DNA from: Anaeromyxobacteraceae bacterium
GTDB taxonomy: Bacteria; Myxococcota; Myxococcia; Myxococcales; Anaeromyxobacteraceae
Length of the DNA: 64,000 nt
Direction: 5' to 3'
NCBI GenBank assembly: GCA_047602405.1
Contig: JASGHJ010000001.1
Coordinates: 2,330,423 to 2,394,422, forward strand
The notes under the pieces were generated by a model. That model made no database searches. It had not been told where the DNA came from and worked only from the letters and a program-made list of their open reading frames with translations. A program made the position numbers and the translations under genes. The stretch's first letter is position 1, and each line of letters starts with the position of its first letter. Of this stretch, positions 60,988 through 64,000 are shown in pieces.

Positions 60988-63286
60988 GTGAGCGCTGAAA
61001 CCCCGCAAAATCCAGTCCGGCAGTTCGGCCAGCCCGCGGTCCGCCCCGAGGCCGCCGGCGCCGGCGGCGCCGTCATCTGGCACACCCTGCGCAAGCACTG
61101 GACGACCGCGGCCATGACCGCGATCGTCGTCACCCTCGCGGTCACGTTCTACACCCTCGGCCAGACGAAGATTTACCAGGCCGCGGCGACGATCCAGTTC
61201 GATCCCAACCCGCCCCGCCCCCTCGGCCAGAAGGTCGAGACCGTCGTGGAGATGGGCGCCGGCAGCTACTGGGACAACCACGAGTACTACGAGACCCAGT
61301 ACAAGATCATCACCTCGACCCGCGTCGCCGCCGCCGTCGTCAGCCAGCTCGGGTTGAACCACGACGCGGCCTTCCTCCGCAACGCGCCGCCCGGCGTCAC
61401 CTTCCCGCCCGCCAACGTCCCGGAGGAGGCGGCGGCCCAGGCGCTGCGCGGGCGCATCAAGGTCGAGCCGGTGAAGGACAGCCGCCTCGCCGTGGTCAAG
61501 CTGGAGGACGCCGATCCCGATCGCGCCCAGCGCCTGCTCGCCGCCGTCGTCGACGTCTACATCGCGATGAACCTCGAGGACGTGCACGCCTCGACCTCGC
61601 AGGCGGCGGACTGGCTCCACGGCCAGCTCGACAAGCTCAAGGAGGACCTCGAGACGAGCGAGATGAGCCTCCACGATTACAAGGAGAAGAAGAACATCCT
61701 CTCGGTGTCGCTCGACGATCAGTCGAACATGCTCCGCGAGGAGATGAAGCAGCTCAACGAGGCGCTCACCTCCGTGCGCACCAAGCGCGAGGAGATCTCG
61801 GCGCGGCGCACGGAGCTCGCCAAGGTGCGCGCGGACAACCCGACGAACCTCCCCGCGAGCGAGCTGCTCCAGAGCGCGCTGCTCCAGGGCCTGCGCCGCG
61901 CCTACGAGGACGCGGTGCGCGATCGCGACGGCCTCGTGAAGGGCGGCAAGGGCAAGAACCACCCCGAGGTGATGAGCGCCGACGCGAAGATCGACGCCAC
62001 GCGCGAAGCGCTCCTCGCCGAGGTGCGCAACATCCAGGGCGCGCTCGACGGCGATCTCGCGGTGATCAAGCGCCAGGAGGCCGGGCTCGCCGGCCTGTAC
62101 GAGGGCGCGAAGAAGGAGGCGTTCGACCTCAATATCCTCGAGATCGAATACAACCGCCTCCGCCGCACGAAGGAGAACGACGAGAAGCTCTACTCGCTCG
62201 TCCTCGACCGCACGAAGGAGAGCGATCTGACCCGGATGCTGCGGGTCAACAACATCCGCGTCGTGGACCCGCCGCTCCGCCCGGGCGGCCCGGTGCGCCC
62301 GCAGGTGCCGGTGAACATCGCCACGGGCATGTTCGTGGGCATCCTCCTCGGGATCGTCGCCGCCGTCGGCCGCGCGCTGCTCGATCGCACCGTGAAGACG
62401 CCGGACGACATCGAGCGCGAGGTCGGCCTCTCGTTCCTCGGCATCCTCCCGGAGATCGGCGACGACAAGCGCGGGCTACAGCCACAGTATCACCGCGGCC
62501 AGCGCAAGCCGAACGTGAACCTCGTCGAGGGCGGGCCGGAGCTCATCGTCCACAATTATCCATTGAGCGGAATCGCCGAAGCATCCCGGACCATCCGCAC
62601 CAATTTGCTCTTCATGGCGCCGGATCACCCGTTCCGCACGCTCCTCGTCACGAGCGCCGGCCCCTCCGAGGGCAAGACCACGGTCGCGTGCTGCATTGCC
62701 ATTGCAATGGCGCAGGCCGATCAGCGCGTCGTCCTCGTCGATTGCGATCTGCGCAGGCCCCGGCTCCACCGGATCTTCCGCGCCAAGGCCGATCTCGGCC
62801 TCACCACCGCGCTCCTCGACGAGGACGTGGCGAGCTCGCTCACCCCGGCGATCCAGGAGACGCCGGTGCCGAACCTGAGCATCCTCGCCGCCGGCCCGAT
62901 CCCGCCGAACCCGGCCGAGCTGTTCCACAGCGAGCGCTTCCACCGCGTCCTCGAGGAGCTGCAGAGCCGGTTCGATCGCGTGATCATCGACAGCCCGCCC
63001 GTCGTCGCCGTCACCGACGCCGCCGTGCTCTCCACGCTGGTGGACGGCACCGTGCTCGTGCATCCGCGCCTTCAAGACGCAGAAGGATCTCGCCCGCCAC
63101 GCGCTCCGCGCGCTCGCCGACGTCGGCGCCAACACGGCGGGGACCGTGCTCAACTCGGTCAACCTCAACAAGGGTGAGTACAAGTACTCTCAGTACTATT
63201 ACTACCGCAAAGAGGGTTATTACGCCGAGGACGCGCCCGCCCCCTCGAAGTCGTCCCCGCCTCCCCCGCAGGCCGAGGCGAGCTGA
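60988..63286 (+). CDS. wzc: Wzc-type polysaccharide co-polymerase / tyrosine autokinase; frameshift near 63060
   Basis: Two TM segments around a coiled coil, AEASRTIRTNL, VTSAGPSEGKTT, VDCDLRRP, IIDSPP, Tyr-rich tail GEYKYSQYYYYRKEGYY. Confidence 0.92.
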
Positions 63287-63375
63287 AGCCTAGGGAGGGC
63301 GACCAAGGAATACACTGGTATTTTGAGGGAGCCCAACCGACGCGTCGGGGCGCGCAGCAGAAAATCAACGGGCTG

Positions 63376-64000
63376 CTAAAAAGGCCTCTTCGCGGTGAGG
63401 AAGAGGAAGCTCCCGCGCCGCGCCTGCGCCTCGCGCAGATATCTGATTCCGACACCATCTTGATCGCGAAGCGGCGGAGCCGCCGGGGGAGCGGGATCGC
63501 GTCCGACTCCTGGCCGCAGATCTCGGAGGAGACGTCCTTGAAGAAGGCGCGGAAGAGATCCTCGAACTGCTCGGGCACGTAGAAGCGCGCGGAGAAGCCG
63601 TCGGTCGTCTCGTAGAGCGTCTCGTCGAAGCTCTTCTGGAGGAAGCGCCCTCCGAGCAGGTATTCGCGGACGAAGGTCACCGCCACGCGGGCGCCGCCGC
63701 GGTGATAGACCATCACCCGACACTCGCCCTCCGCCGGAGCACGCGGGCGATCTCCCCGCACGATCTTCGCCGTCCGCGAGGAGTGGTGGATAACCCCCCA
63801 CGACCACACGATATCGAAGCTCTTGTCGGGGAACGGGAGGGCCTCCGCGTCGCCCTGGACGACGTCGGCCGAGAGGCCTTTGAGCGCGAGGCGCCGCTTC
63901 GTCGCTTCGATCGAGGTGGGGGGGAGAGATCGATCGCGGTGACCCTGGCGCCGGCGCGGATCATCGTCTCGCAATGCAGGCCCATGCCGCAGCCAATCTC
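63376..64000 (-). CDS. Class I SAM-dependent methyltransferase (partial, several frameshifts)
   Basis: EIGCGMG, AIDLS, QGDAEALPFPDKSFDIVWSWGVIHH. Confidence 0.8.

Overview
High-GC myxobacterial DNA in two parts joined at about 47,286. The left part (1-47.3 kb) reads like Anaeromyxobacter-type core genome. It carries lipid genes (pgpA, pssA), cinA, ltaE, nth, an AlkZ-like glycosylase, RNase P RNA, a respiratory nitrate reductase operon (cytochrome c-narGHJI-narK-narK) with a divergent Rrf2 regulator, two hybrid kinases, CheR, dmeF and a quinol-type NO reductase. At about 47,286 two genes are cut head-to-head (a 4Fe-4S protein and an RsbR-type STAS domain), which indicates either a chimeric join or an insertion edge. 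The right part resembles Polyangiaceae/Sorangium-type DNA (inference). It holds (i) a ~6.9 kb, probably lipidated SpvB/FG-GAP/Rhs toxin with an HAE...CxxC deaminase tip, a DUF416-like immunity gene and orphan-module remnants, and (ii) the best candidate for an undescribed system: a RiPP-like cluster. Its 63-aa precursor has exact lasso-leader spacing (Y-17, P-14, I-12, T-2) but a core with no Asp or Glu (FTVMTQSSIGLTMMG). The cluster encodes a radical SAM enzyme, B2 peptidase, RRE/PqqD, HPr-kinase-like protein, methyltransferase and a displaced nucleotidyltransferase, has no lasso cyclase in view, and sits directly upstream of a Wzc polysaccharide kinase. Many single-base frameshifts in conserved genes point to uncorrected long-read errors, so several calls are reconstructed across frames. 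All family assignments come from motif recognition by eye, not database searches.
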